Below are positions 1-10,119 of a stretch of DNA of 64,000 nt, one piece after another. The stretch is taken from IMG/VR virus record IMGVR_UViG_3300036399_001951, positions 32,001 through 96,000 of that record; one strand, given 5' to 3'. Below the pieces are notes generated by a model. It saw only the letters and a program-made list of their open reading frames with translations, ran no database searches and was not told where the DNA came from. A program made the position numbers and the translations under genes. The first letter of the stretch is position 1, and each line of letters starts with the position of its first letter. The DNA comes from a virus.

Positions 1-345
1 GGCTCATATCTATATGTTTTTCCAGATTCATATTCTAACATATCTGTTGAGGGAAATCATCCTAGCCTGTCTAGTAAGAAAGTAGAATTTGGAACAGAAC
101 AATCCATAAATATTCCAGTTCTATTTCAATACAGATGCTCTGATAAATTAGGAAATATTGGAGGATATAGATTAGGAACTTCACTAAATAATATAACTTA
201 CGCTAAAAAAATTGGAATAGACATCTTCTTAAAGAATGAAGGTCCTTTTTCTTTTGATTTAGTCGTATCTACTAAATATAAGAAAGAAACAACTTTAGCT
301 GCCCCAATTGTTCCATCTAGAGGAGTTGTCAATGTAACTTTTTAA
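1..345 (+). CDS. 3' end of a gene truncated by the window edge, probable virion structural protein
   Basis: Frame 1 is open from base 1 (GSYLYVFPDSYSNISVEG...GVVNVTF) to TAA at 343-345, directly upstream of the 1659-aa gene. Confidence 0.75.
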   Translation, partial: GSYLYVFPDSYSNISVEGNHPSLSSKKVEFGTEQSINIPVLFQYRCSDKLGNIGGYRLGTSLNNITYAKKIGIDIFLKNEGPFSFDLVVSTKYKKETTLAAPIVPSRGVVNVTF

Positions 346-354
346 TGATATAAA

Positions 355-3300
355 ATGGCAGAAATAAAATATTCTAAAATATTAGATGACACTGCAAGTT
401 TTCAATTAGTAAGAACCAATCCTAAATTAACAGGTAATGTTAAGTTTACGGTAGATTCTTTTGATAACATGTGGTTGAATACTATCGACGCAAATGAAGA
501 ATTGGCTAAAGATCAATACAAGAGAGTTGCTATTGATCCTACTAAATCTTTGTCAGCAAACATGTATCGACTATTAAATTCAGGTCAAACTCCAAGAGAG
601 ATAGTATTTGATTTAAAGGAGTCATTTGAAGCAGATCGAACATCAACTGATTTTAAAGATCAGTACGATTTTTCTAATTATTTTAGCGGAGCTAAATATT
701 TAGTTAGCAGAAGATATTCTGAAAAATTATCTTATTTTGCACCTCTATATTTAAAAAAAGAGGTTCCAGACTATTTTATTGTTCTCAAAATAAAGGATCC
801 AATAAATAAAAAAATAGATCAATTAGAAGAAGAATATCCGTATGACCGTGAGTCTTACATGAGAGAAACCTTTAAAAATTCTAAGATAATTAAGACCTTT
901 AACCTAAAAAAAGGAACAAAGGTAGGGGACTATCTTAGAAATTATGTAAATTCTGAATCTTTTCCACCCTCTTCACTAAACGTTTCATATCAAGAAGGAA
1001 ACCTTACTTATTGGAACGGAATATTGTATGATTCTGGAGTAATTGGATCTAGAGGTGAAAATTTATATGAATTCTATCAACAGTCAAATCCTCTTAAATT
1101 TTTTGAAGAATTTATTACTGGCGGATTTGAGAGAAATGGAGTTATTTACCCTAATATTTTGAATATGGAATTCATATTCGATGATCCAACTGAACCTGAT
1201 TTATATGATTTTGATAGATATATTGGATTCTATGTAAATGCAATAGAATTAACTAAATTGGATATAGACCTAGATCGAATGTATGACGAAAGAGGATCGT
1301 GGGAAAATACTCCTAGATTAAGAAGAGAAACTTTTGAATGGGAACAAATTCAAGTGACTCAATCTAACTTAAATGGTACAATTGTTCCGGTTAAAAACTC
1401 TAACATTTATTTTTCAGATCTTGAAGATTCCTTTTCTGATAAAGAGAATTTATTTTTTAATTACTTAATTGATAAATTTGATCAGTTACATTTGTTAAAA
1501 TTAGATTCTTCTTGGGAAATTGACTATAGTCCAGCTAGCTTAGAATTAAAATCAGCTAAGCTTAGACTCGCTGATACTAAAATAGATTTTGGAAATCTAT
1601 TTGGCCCATATCAAGTATTTGTGCAGGATAAAGCAAATTCAACTCAAATTAGAGGATTCTCAACCCAACATCTAAAAATAGATCAATTTAATCACTTAGA
1701 TGAAATTAAAATATATCATCCGCTTGGAACAAAATCTGATTTAAACGGAAAATTTGACTTAATCAGGGCTGCGTTTTCATACTCTGAGGTTCCTAACCCT
1801 GGGGACGCGTATATTTATAATGATATAGACGGAGTTATTGGCGAAGATATATTTTACTTTAACCCCACTGGTCTGGTAAAAGAAAAAACATCTGCTATTG
1901 CAACTTGCATAAACGCAATTAGAAATCTTCCATTGAAAGCATACGCAATTAATGAATATATTTTTATTAAAGCTAATTCTCCTGGAGAATTTGATTCTTC
2001 CTTTAAAATAGAATTTAGATCTCCTCTTAATGTTTATTCAAATATTACAATTGGAGGCATTACTGGAAACAATTTAATAGGTAATTTAATTAATTTTGAA
2101 GGAGGATCTAGAGAAAGTGGAAACAGATTAATATTAAGCAATGATAATTATACTAGAATAAAAGAAAATCTAGATAATATTTTGGTTAAAACAGTTGAAG
2201 GTTGGTCGAAGATAAGAAAAATATCTAGATATCAAGATACTATTTCTGAAAAGAATACTTTAACTGAATTATCCAGAACTGAAGTGATATCAGATTATTT
2301 TAGTAAAATGGTTATAACATTAGATTTAGATGTTGAACCTCAAATCACTTACGCAGAGTGCTCTATATTTAGAAAGTATCAACCTGGATTAGGTCTAATA
2401 TCCTTCTTTCCAATCAAAGATTTTGATTTTGATTTTTATTCAAGTGAATATTTAAATTTTCCTGTTATCGATTTATATAAAGATTATTTTATTCCACCTG
2501 AGGTAAAATTATTAGATCATAATTATACATATGAAATTATTGGAGATGGGAAAATTTCAATTAATGGAGTTACATACTCAACTGGAACACCGATTATATT
2601 AGCACCTTCAACTGAAAAATATTCATATTCAATATTATCTGGTGATGTATACGTCTCTTACTTAAATGATACATCTACACCTGGAGCAAGGTTAGACGTT
2701 GCAATAAATGACCAGAATAGAGAACTTCAAGAATTTCCAGGATTCTTCTTATTAAAGGATCCAGATCTAGTAGTTCCAGAACAGCAAGGTAGATTTTTTG
2801 AACTTAGGAAAAAATATTTAAATGGACTAGCCTCAAATGAGTATGATTACTATAAAGAAAATTATAATACAGATTTTGCTCTTAGATCTAAAATGTTACC
2901 GTATATTACGAAATGGATAATTTCAAATGGAAAGGATTCTAGGGACAATTTCTATAGATTAAATTCAGAATTAGTATTTGGGTTTAATAACTTTTCTCCC
3001 GATCACGAGGACAGGTCACAAAATCCAGATAACTTTACTCATGAGTGGTTCTATATAGAATCTAATTTTAATTATCTAGAGGATCCATCTACTGTTTTCT
3101 TAAATAATAGTTATTTTGATCAGCCATTTGATTTAAATAGGGCCCTAACAGAGAAGGATTATTTTGTAAATTATTTTACATATACACCAACATTTAATGG
3201 CTCTGAAGTAGGAAGAACGCAATTTAGATATTCTCCAATAAATAAAGATTTTTTAAATGAATTTTCTTGCTTCTTTAAAGGTTTTAAAATAAATTTTAAA

Positions 3301-5334
3301 GAATACATCGATCCAAATAATTTAGATAATGCAGGTATACCTATTCCAAATCCTAACTCAACTAGATTTAAGGATTATAGATTCACTAGCTTGCTAAAAT
3401 TGGTTAAAGAGAAAATAAATGATGATACTAAACCTCCTCTAAACTATAGATTTATAGAGCATAAGGATTTTAAATTTGTTATTTTATTAATTGAATTAAA
3501 CATCGGAGACATTTCACAGGTAGACGATTATTGGAAGGAAGTGCAATCGGCTCCAACTACAACATCGCCTGTTGATAGAAATAATTTTTTAAATTCAGAT
3601 CCTAATTTAAGTTCTGCTTATGTATTTGATTCAATAAATGGAGAATACAGAATTAAATTTAAAACAATTGATGGAATAAATATATCTGATATTACTCATT
3701 TAAGTCTTTATTCTTTAAAAAATAAAAAATTTAATAATTTATTAGATAATTATTCTAACATCAAGCTTTCTCAAAAAATAAACTTAAGCGCATCAGGTGC
3801 TTTCACCTCGGGTGGAAATGATATCGAAGGGCTTAGTAATTTAAATTTTCTAAATTATGATTCTAGAATATCCGATGAATTTAAAAGATTCACTGATTCT
3901 ACCTTCTTAATCGGAAGGAATAACTTTTTAAACGTAGATCAGTTTTTAGATTTTGCACCTGGATTAATTCCTCAAAATACTAGTAAAATAATATCGTCCT
4001 CTTTAAAATCAATTAGTTTATCAACTAATTCAGACATTGCACTAGTAGATGAATTAGGTGTTCCCGCCTTTACCATACCGGCAGCAGTTCCTGCTTCTTA
4101 TTTTAGAAACAATTATACTTTTAAAATAATGACAGGTGGTAAACTATATTTTGAATCCCTATTTCAAAAATTATCTTTTGGGGAATTTAAAAGACTTACT
4201 AATTCATTGAATCCGTTCATTGAGTATTCCTCTTATAGTTTAAATGGATCTACTCTCACTCAGGATTCTGATGTAAATTGGTATATTAATATTCCTAATT
4301 ATTCTAATATTACTAAAGTTGACGCAATTATAGCTCAGCCTGACGCTAATAAACCTTCTAATTTTTCATTTAGTTCTCTAGTTGGATTCTCATATCAAAG
4401 ATCTCAATTGGACAATCCATATGAAATTAATAGATATGAAGGAGGATTTTCTCCATTATTCAAAGATGTATCTGCCTTTAAATCAAACCAAATATTTATA
4501 AGTAATTCAATCTCTGATCTAGAGAATGCAAATACTAGATTTAATTTAGAGCTTCCTGATTTCTTAAAAATTATAAACTTTAATCATATTAAAATTTCAG
4601 ATAATAAGATATTAGACTTAGAATCGGATCAAATATTTGAACCTAAATATGAATTGGTAAATGAAATCGCAATTGGAAGAGCAGATTATGATCTTCTACA
4701 GTCTAATTGGGATTTTGGATTTCATTATAAATATTCTGATAAGTCCACTAAGAAAGCGGTGCCCGGCACTCTTAGAATAGAGGAAGATGATTCCTTTATT
4801 TCTAAATTAATAAATCTTCGAGATGAAATAGAATTAGAAAATTATTCGACTCAAATATTTACTGATCTAAATCAAATTAATTTAGATGATATAGAGTTAG
4901 CCTATGTAGATAATCCTAGAGAAATTGAAGGCTATATTAACATTAAAAACGTTCTAACTTCATTTTTAATATCCGATGGAATATCAGAAAAATTTAATGA
5001 ATTTTTAGTTAACAGTGTTGATTACATTGGAAATAATAATTCAATTGAAAGTTACACAGTTCAATATATTAAATTAAATATTATAAAACTTTACAACATT
5101 AATGGAGTAGAATTATATACCAAATCTATTGGTAATACTTCAACTGAAACAGGAAATCCAAATACTATTGAATTTGAATTTTTAAATGATCAGCAGCGCA
5201 ATGATTTAGGATATACATTGAATAGAAATTTACAAATAAATAAAACTGACAGATTTATACTTAAGTTTAAATTTAATAAGAATTTTAACAACGGGTTATC
5301 AATAAGTCCAAAGGTAAAAATTAAATTGATATAA
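355..5334 (+). CDS. Large hypothetical protein, probably virion structural (baseplate-associated)
   Basis: 1659-aa ORF in a structural operon; no catalytic motif recognised. Confidence 0.55.
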   Translation: MAEIKYSKILDDTASFQLVRTNPKLTGNVKFTVDSFDNMWLNTIDANEELAKDQYKRVAIDPTKSLSANMYRLLNSGQTPREIVFDLKESFEADRTSTDFKDQYDFSNYFSGAKYLVSRRYSEKLSYFAPLYLKKEVPDYFIVLKIKDPINKKIDQLEEEYPYDRESYMRETFKNSKIIKTFNLKKGTKVGDYLRNYVNSESFPPSSLNVSYQEGNLTYWNGILYDSGVIGSRGENLYEFYQQSNPLKFFEEFITGGFERNGVIYPNILNMEFIFDDPTEPDLYDFDRYIGFYVNAIELTKLDIDLDRMYDERGSWENTPRLRRETFEWEQIQVTQSNLNGTIVPVKNSNIYFSDLEDSFSDKENLFFNYLIDKFDQLHLLKLDSSWEIDYSPASLELKSAKLRLADTKIDFGNLFGPYQVFVQDKANSTQIRGFSTQHLKIDQFNHLDEIKIYHPLGTKSDLNGKFDLIRAAFSYSEVPNPGDAYIYNDIDGVIGEDIFYFNPTGLVKEKTSAIATCINAIRNLPLKAYAINEYIFIKANSPGEFDSSFKIEFRSPLNVYSNITIGGITGNNLIGNLINFEGGSRESGNRLILSNDNYTRIKENLDNILVKTVEGWSKIRKISRYQDTISEKNTLTELSRTEVISDYFSKMVITLDLDVEPQITYAECSIFRKYQPGLGLISFFPIKDFDFDFYSSEYLNFPVIDLYKDYFIPPEVKLLDHNYTYEIIGDGKISINGVTYSTGTPIILAPSTEKYSYSILSGDVYVSYLNDTSTPGARLDVAINDQNRELQEFPGFFLLKDPDLVVPEQQGRFFELRKKYLNGLASNEYDYYKENYNTDFALRSKMLPYITKWIISNGKDSRDNFYRLNSELVFGFNNFSPDHEDRSQNPDNFTHEWFYIESNFNYLEDPSTVFLNNSYFDQPFDLNRALTEKDYFVNYFTYTPTFNGSEVGRTQFRYSPINKDFLNEFSCFFKGFKINFKEYIDPNNLDNAGIPIPNPNSTRFKDYRFTSLLKLVKEKINDDTKPPLNYRFIEHKDFKFVILLIELNIGDISQVDDYWKEVQSAPTTTSPVDRNNFLNSDPNLSSAYVFDSINGEYRIKFKTIDGINISDITHLSLYSLKNKKFNNLLDNYSNIKLSQKINLSASGAFTSGGNDIEGLSNLNFLNYDSRISDEFKRFTDSTFLIGRNNFLNVDQFLDFAPGLIPQNTSKIISSSLKSISLSTNSDIALVDELGVPAFTIPAAVPASYFRNNYTFKIMTGGKLYFESLFQKLSFGEFKRLTNSLNPFIEYSSYSLNGSTLTQDSDVNWYINIPNYSNITKVDAIIAQPDANKPSNFSFSSLVGFSYQRSQLDNPYEINRYEGGFSPLFKDVSAFKSNQIFISNSISDLENANTRFNLELPDFLKIINFNHIKISDNKILDLESDQIFEPKYELVNEIAIGRADYDLLQSNWDFGFHYKYSDKSTKKAVPGTLRIEEDDSFISKLINLRDEIELENYSTQIFTDLNQINLDDIELAYVDNPREIEGYINIKNVLTSFLISDGISEKFNEFLVNSVDYIGNNNSIESYTVQYIKLNIIKLYNINGVELYTKSIGNTSTETGNPNTIEFEFLNDQQRNDLGYTLNRNLQINKTDRFILKFKFNKNFNNGLSISPKVKIKLI

Positions 5335-5336
5335 TA

Positions 5337-8300
5337 ATGCCAATTAGAATAAATTTAAAGGAGCTATTTGATAGCGATTCTCAATCAATAACAGTTGATA
5401 AATTAAATTTTAATTTCAACAAGTTGTTAGAATTAGGGATAGGTTTACCTGGAGACGAGGGAGTAACTGGTCCTCAAGGAGGAGTAGGACCCGCTGGACT
5501 TCAGGGTCCAATCGGAGACGATGGAAACTATTGGTTCGTAGGTGCAGGGGATCCTAATCCACAAACTTTTACAGATTTAGAAGATAATGATTTTTATCTA
5601 GATACTTCAAACAGTTCTATTTGGCAATACGATGCTTCAATTAATACATGGAATGTCGTAGTAGACTTTGCCGCCGTAATTAATAACTACTTAAATTCTT
5701 TAGGTGCAACCTTTATACGAGGCCTAGGAGCAGGTAGCCCTGATGATAATAGATACATACTATTTCCAAATAGAGGAAATACAATCCCAGATACTGTTAC
5801 TGATGGGTTAGGTGGAACCTCAAATAACGATATATTATTCCTAAGTAATTTTAATGAGAAGTTAGGGGTAATTAATATTGCTAATTTTCCTACTAATTCT
5901 GATAATTTATATAATGCAATACAAAAAATATATGTAGACTCTACATCTGGTATACCAGGTAGATATCATTTAGAATTAGGATCCCTATATCAAGATACAA
6001 ATGGAACCCTAGATAATTTAATATCGAGTCTTAAAACTAATCTTAAGTTTAGGCATGTAGTTGACGATCTGGGCGGTAGTTCTAATTTCCCGGCAACTAA
6101 TAATTACTTATACTTAGGAAAAATAAGTCTAAGTAAGCCAGAACTTGCTCTAATCGGGGAGATTGATTACAATGCTGCTCTTGAGATAATTACTCCTAAA
6201 TATAATAATGAAGGTGCTCCTGTTGTTAGAGGAGAAGTGGTTACCCGAATAGGATCAAGGGAAGCACTTGGAGAATATTTTACAGGTTTAAACATAGACG
6301 GACTAACAATTGATCTTTCAGGTTTAACTGGAAAGATTGCAATGGGTATAGCTAGTAATTTTAGTAGCATAAGACCCGAAGTAGACGGACTGGATTATTT
6401 AATGCTAGAAAAGGATTCTAGTATCGAAGCTATTTATTTAAATGGAAAAACCCTGCAAAATGAAGGAAACATAGAACAGATATCAACTGGCGAAGTTTCA
6501 ATAGCCGAGTCTGTTACAAATTCATTTACCGAGGAACAGTGGCAATATAATCAAGGAATAGCAATTGCCGGCAATAAATTAATTACCGTAGGTGGGGACC
6601 ATTCTCCAATTGATATATCCCAGAATGGAAGAATAAATCTATATAATATAGTTAATCCTAAAAAACCAATATTAGAATATACTAGGAATACTTCAAGTTC
6701 GACTACAACGCTTGTTCCAGGTCCACCACCTTCATTCGTAACTTCTAGATATATATTCGGAGCAGGAATATCTGATGTTAAGATAGCAGGTGAATATGCA
6801 TATTTCGTAAATAATCAGGACGGGACAACTGCTGGCGTATCATCTCTTTCAAGCACATGTGCCAGGTTTCAAATTGGTAAAATATACAATGATTCTACCA
6901 CAACTGAATCTATCAGAAGAATTTCAATTATAAATGAAACCGAGGCTAGATTAGAAGGGGCATATCGACTAGAAGTAAGAGGATCATATGCATGGGTTAT
7001 CTGTAATCCGGATTATCCAACTAATACGTTAAATTTTGCACGCTTAACCTCAGTTGACATAGCCAATCCTACGGTTCCAGTTGTAGCAGATTCATATATT
7101 GATACTGGTGGGACTAGATACATATCAATGGATGTATCTGATGGTCAAGTAGCAGTTTTAAAAACTAAAGTTACTAATCCTGGACTAACCACTCGTAATT
7201 TACAGGTAGATCTTCTTCTTTTTGATGCATCTGATCCCAATTCAATAACTTCTCCTACTGCATCAACGGATGTAACTAATAGAGTATTTTCACTTACTGG
7301 CCCTACAATTACTGTATCGCAATTACCTGCAAACGTTGGGGGAATAAGGGTATTAGGAAGTTATGCATATGTAGTATGGAACAAGCAATTATTAATTTAT
7401 GATATACAATTAGGAACGGGTATTACCCCAATTAAATTATCTGATACATCTTTAGGTATTTCGTCAGCTACATTTACATCTATTGCTATTGATGTAGAGA
7501 TTTTAGGAAATACGGCATATGTTTTAGCATTTAACCCAGGTGCTGATCCTAATAATCCTGGAACGATTATAAAAGTTGATATCTCAGATCCAAGTAATCC
7601 TTACGTTATTTCTGAAACTAGATTAATAGGACTAGCTAGACCCGGTAGGCTTAAATATTCTGGAAAATACTTATACGTAGTTTCAGCAAGTATGACCACC
7701 CCAGCTGTCGCATCCGGAGGTCTTTTTGTAATCGATATTGATGGAATCCGAAGTCCTGGGGCGCATATTGATAGTATAAGAGCAGGTGAATTGCACGTAG
7801 ACAAGCATGCTGTTATCCAAGAAAACTTATCTGTTAATCACTCTCTCAATGTTGGACCAGGTGGTATTTATGTAGATGCAGGGTTAGGAATAGCCGCCGA
7901 TGGTCCGATAGGATCAATACATAATGTAAGTGGAGGAATTCCGTCTGGCGGATTTAGTAATCTAATGTTTAATGTCACACAACCGACCGCAACAAGTGCC
8001 AACTTTAATTTTAATATTAATGCTATTAAGGACATTAACGTTTCAGATCAATTAATATTAAATGAAACCTTAATCCTTAGCAATACGGCAGCATCTGAAA
8101 TGAGAGGAGGCTTTGTTGGCAATAGAATATCTAGACTTGGAGGGGTCTATAATTATGGAACTGCATCCTCTCCAATACCAGAATCATTTGTTGGTAGCTT
8201 GATCGCGTTAGGATCTAGCTCAACTGATAATTTTTATGGAGATATCAGAGGCACTAATATTATACTAGGCTCGGGTGTAAATGCATACGACACTTTTTTC

Positions 8301-8897
8301 GGACACAACGTTCAAATTAACGCAGGTGCAGATTTTTTCGCAAATGATATCTATGGATATAAATTTTCTGCAAATCCAACTACTGCGGGAACGGTTTATG
8401 GAATAGTAATTGATGGTGCAGATAAGAATAGAATATCTGGAGAGCTTGATTTAAATGGAACTAGTCCAACTACACCCGACTTTAGATTTTCCAATGGAAA
8501 TCTATTCAATTTTACAAATAGTTTATATAATCCAAGTGGCGTAGTTTATGCAAATTCTGGAGAGCTTTCTTTAAAATCAGGAACTTTTGTATTTAATGGC
8601 ACTTCTCCTGATCCGGATTTTAGCGGAATATGGACAAAGATTGGAAATGTAGTTCAAGTGCAAGCAACATTGGTGGTAAAGCCAAGTGGAGGATATCGCA
8701 TGTATCTACCTGTACAGCCAGGTGGAGGAGCAAGTATCGTTACCTTTCGAGGAATGTCAATTCAAGCATTCGGCACTGGCGTAGGTACCGGTAGAAGAAT
8801 CAATTTCGCTTCACCCGATGCAGGTGAACTCGACATTGCCTTGGGTATCCCAAATTCTGGAAATTATCAGATTTCGATATCTTATGTTATTGGATAA
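5337..8897 (+). CDS. Fibre/appendage protein with short collagen segment and LVIVD-type beta-propeller repeats
   Basis: N-terminal DKLNFNF anchor-like motif, Gly-X-Y run (GVTGPQGGVGPAGLQGPIGDDG), repeats LTSVDIANPTVP, IIKVDISDPSNP, LFVIDID. Confidence 0.65.
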   Translation: MPIRINLKELFDSDSQSITVDKLNFNFNKLLELGIGLPGDEGVTGPQGGVGPAGLQGPIGDDGNYWFVGAGDPNPQTFTDLEDNDFYLDTSNSSIWQYDASINTWNVVVDFAAVINNYLNSLGATFIRGLGAGSPDDNRYILFPNRGNTIPDTVTDGLGGTSNNDILFLSNFNEKLGVINIANFPTNSDNLYNAIQKIYVDSTSGIPGRYHLELGSLYQDTNGTLDNLISSLKTNLKFRHVVDDLGGSSNFPATNNYLYLGKISLSKPELALIGEIDYNAALEIITPKYNNEGAPVVRGEVVTRIGSREALGEYFTGLNIDGLTIDLSGLTGKIAMGIASNFSSIRPEVDGLDYLMLEKDSSIEAIYLNGKTLQNEGNIEQISTGEVSIAESVTNSFTEEQWQYNQGIAIAGNKLITVGGDHSPIDISQNGRINLYNIVNPKKPILEYTRNTSSSTTTLVPGPPPSFVTSRYIFGAGISDVKIAGEYAYFVNNQDGTTAGVSSLSSTCARFQIGKIYNDSTTTESIRRISIINETEARLEGAYRLEVRGSYAWVICNPDYPTNTLNFARLTSVDIANPTVPVVADSYIDTGGTRYISMDVSDGQVAVLKTKVTNPGLTTRNLQVDLLLFDASDPNSITSPTASTDVTNRVFSLTGPTITVSQLPANVGGIRVLGSYAYVVWNKQLLIYDIQLGTGITPIKLSDTSLGISSATFTSIAIDVEILGNTAYVLAFNPGADPNNPGTIIKVDISDPSNPYVISETRLIGLARPGRLKYSGKYLYVVSASMTTPAVASGGLFVIDIDGIRSPGAHIDSIRAGELHVDKHAVIQENLSVNHSLNVGPGGIYVDAGLGIAADGPIGSIHNVSGGIPSGGFSNLMFNVTQPTATSANFNFNINAIKDINVSDQLILNETLILSNTAASEMRGGFVGNRISRLGGVYNYGTASSPIPESFVGSLIALGSSSTDNFYGDIRGTNIILGSGVNAYDTFFGHNVQINAGADFFANDIYGYKFSANPTTAGTVYGIVIDGADKNRISGELDLNGTSPTTPDFRFSNGNLFNFTNSLYNPSGVVYANSGELSLKSGTFVFNGTSPDPDFSGIWTKIGNVVQVQATLVVKPSGGYRMYLPVQPGGGASIVTFRGMSIQAFGTGVGTGRRINFASPDAGELDIALGIPNSGNYQISISYVIG

Positions 8898-8924
8898 ATT
8901 TTAATTAAAAATAAAAATCAAACA

Positions 8925-9227
8925 ATGGGACTAATTATAAAAACAGAAATTAACACAGACGGAGGATCTATCTCTAATTCTTACATGAATATTTCAAAAT
9001 TTGAAGTAGATTCTGAATCAGAAGCCAGAGTATATTTGAACTTATATGAAAATAAGGCCCTCAGAGAAGAGGATCCTATTAAAAATTTGATCTTTAGTAA
9101 ATCAGTTGTACGCCGATTTGGTTTGAGCAAAGAAGAACTGGATAAAACAGATGTATACAACAGTATGTATACTAGACTTAAATCTATATTAGAAGAATCT
9201 AATTTAGAAGTGGAGGACGATCTTTAG
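8925..9227 (+). CDS. Small protein, possible fibre assembly chaperone
   Basis: 100-aa ORF immediately after a fibre gene; position-based call. Confidence 0.45.
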   Translation: MGLIIKTEINTDGGSISNSYMNISKFEVDSESEARVYLNLYENKALREEDPIKNLIFSKSVVRRFGLSKEELDKTDVYNSMYTRLKSILEESNLEVEDDL

Positions 9228-10030
9228 TCCCAAGATTTAATTGTAAAGGGCAAGACTCTTTCCTGAAGAAGGATCTCGTATAATTCGTCCAAAATATTAG
9301 GATTGAATTGATAATCGAGGCCGATTCGTTTAGTGAAAGAAACAGATTCAGCCATAGATCTAACTGCGAGGCCTTGATCCACATTTCGATTTATTATTAT
9401 GAAGATTACATTCAAGTCTCCGTTAATAGATTTTAATTTAGGATTTTTAAGCTCAATGATCTTATTCTTTAAATCGTCCAGTACTTCAATGTCAACTTCT
9501 AAATCGACTATCTTTTCTATTTTTTGGCCCAGCTTAAATCTTCTATCAAATCTGATCTTCCAAACAGAATAATTAGACTTCTTTCTTTGATTAACTATAA
9601 AGAATATTTCTTTCTCTTTATAGATATCTGGATTTATGAAATAGGCTCTAGATTTATCAACTGCATCCAGCATTCTGTCCAAGTGATCTATTAGAAGACT
9701 GGTGAAAAGATAATTGGCATTCCTAAATATTTCTAATAAATTATCTGGCACTTCATATACCTTCCTCAAGTGTTCTCTAATTTGAACAATTTTAGGATCC
9801 TTCCAATTTGGCTTAAAATCTGAATCTATCATGCTGCCTTCAATAACTAAATTGTTTAGATTTAAAGTATGAAACATGATTTCATCAAATTTAGAAATAT
9901 CTCCTTGATCTAGGTGTTCTCTAAATCTTTTATTTGCTGCCAATAGAACGTAGCTGTAATATTCAGCATCTAGGTGAGATCCACCCTTAGTGATCCATAA
10001 GGGATCTAGTATGTATTTAGATTTGCTCAT
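9224..10030 (-). CDS. Hypothetical protein
   Basis: 268-aa ORF with normal composition, convergent on 8925..9227. Confidence 0.7.
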   Translation of the reverse strand: MSKSKYILDPLWITKGGSHLDAEYYSYVLLAANKRFREHLDQGDISKFDEIMFHTLNLNNLVIEGSMIDSDFKPNWKDPKIVQIREHLRKVYEVPDNLLEIFRNANYLFTSLLIDHLDRMLDAVDKSRAYFINPDIYKEKEIFFIVNQRKKSNYSVWKIRFDRRFKLGQKIEKIVDLEVDIEVLDDLKNKIIELKNPKLKSINGDLNVIFIIINRNVDQGLAVRSMAESVSFTKRIGLDYQFNPNILDELYEILLQERVLPFTIKSWD

Positions 10031-10086
10031 CTATATTATTATATATTTTACCGAAAAACTTGAATCAGTTTACTTAAATGTTGAGA

Positions 10087-10093
10087 ATAAATA
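10087..10093 (+). promoter_or_regulatory. Putative late promoter ATAAATA (T4 TATAAATA-like)
   Basis: The same motif lies shortly upstream of operon starts at 13086, 15920, 16911, 28589, 34724, 35685, 38443, 44070, 47524, 47801, 51312, 57121 and 60447, and on the minus strand at 28507, 51301 and 63950. Confidence 0.6.
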
Positions 10094-10119
10094 ATAAAAA
10101 TTAAAGATTCCTATTTGCG

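Noticed and set aside
10038-10072. AAAC...TATAAT promoter for 9224..10030
   Set aside because: The spacing of 24 nt does not fit the 16-18 nt seen at the other sites
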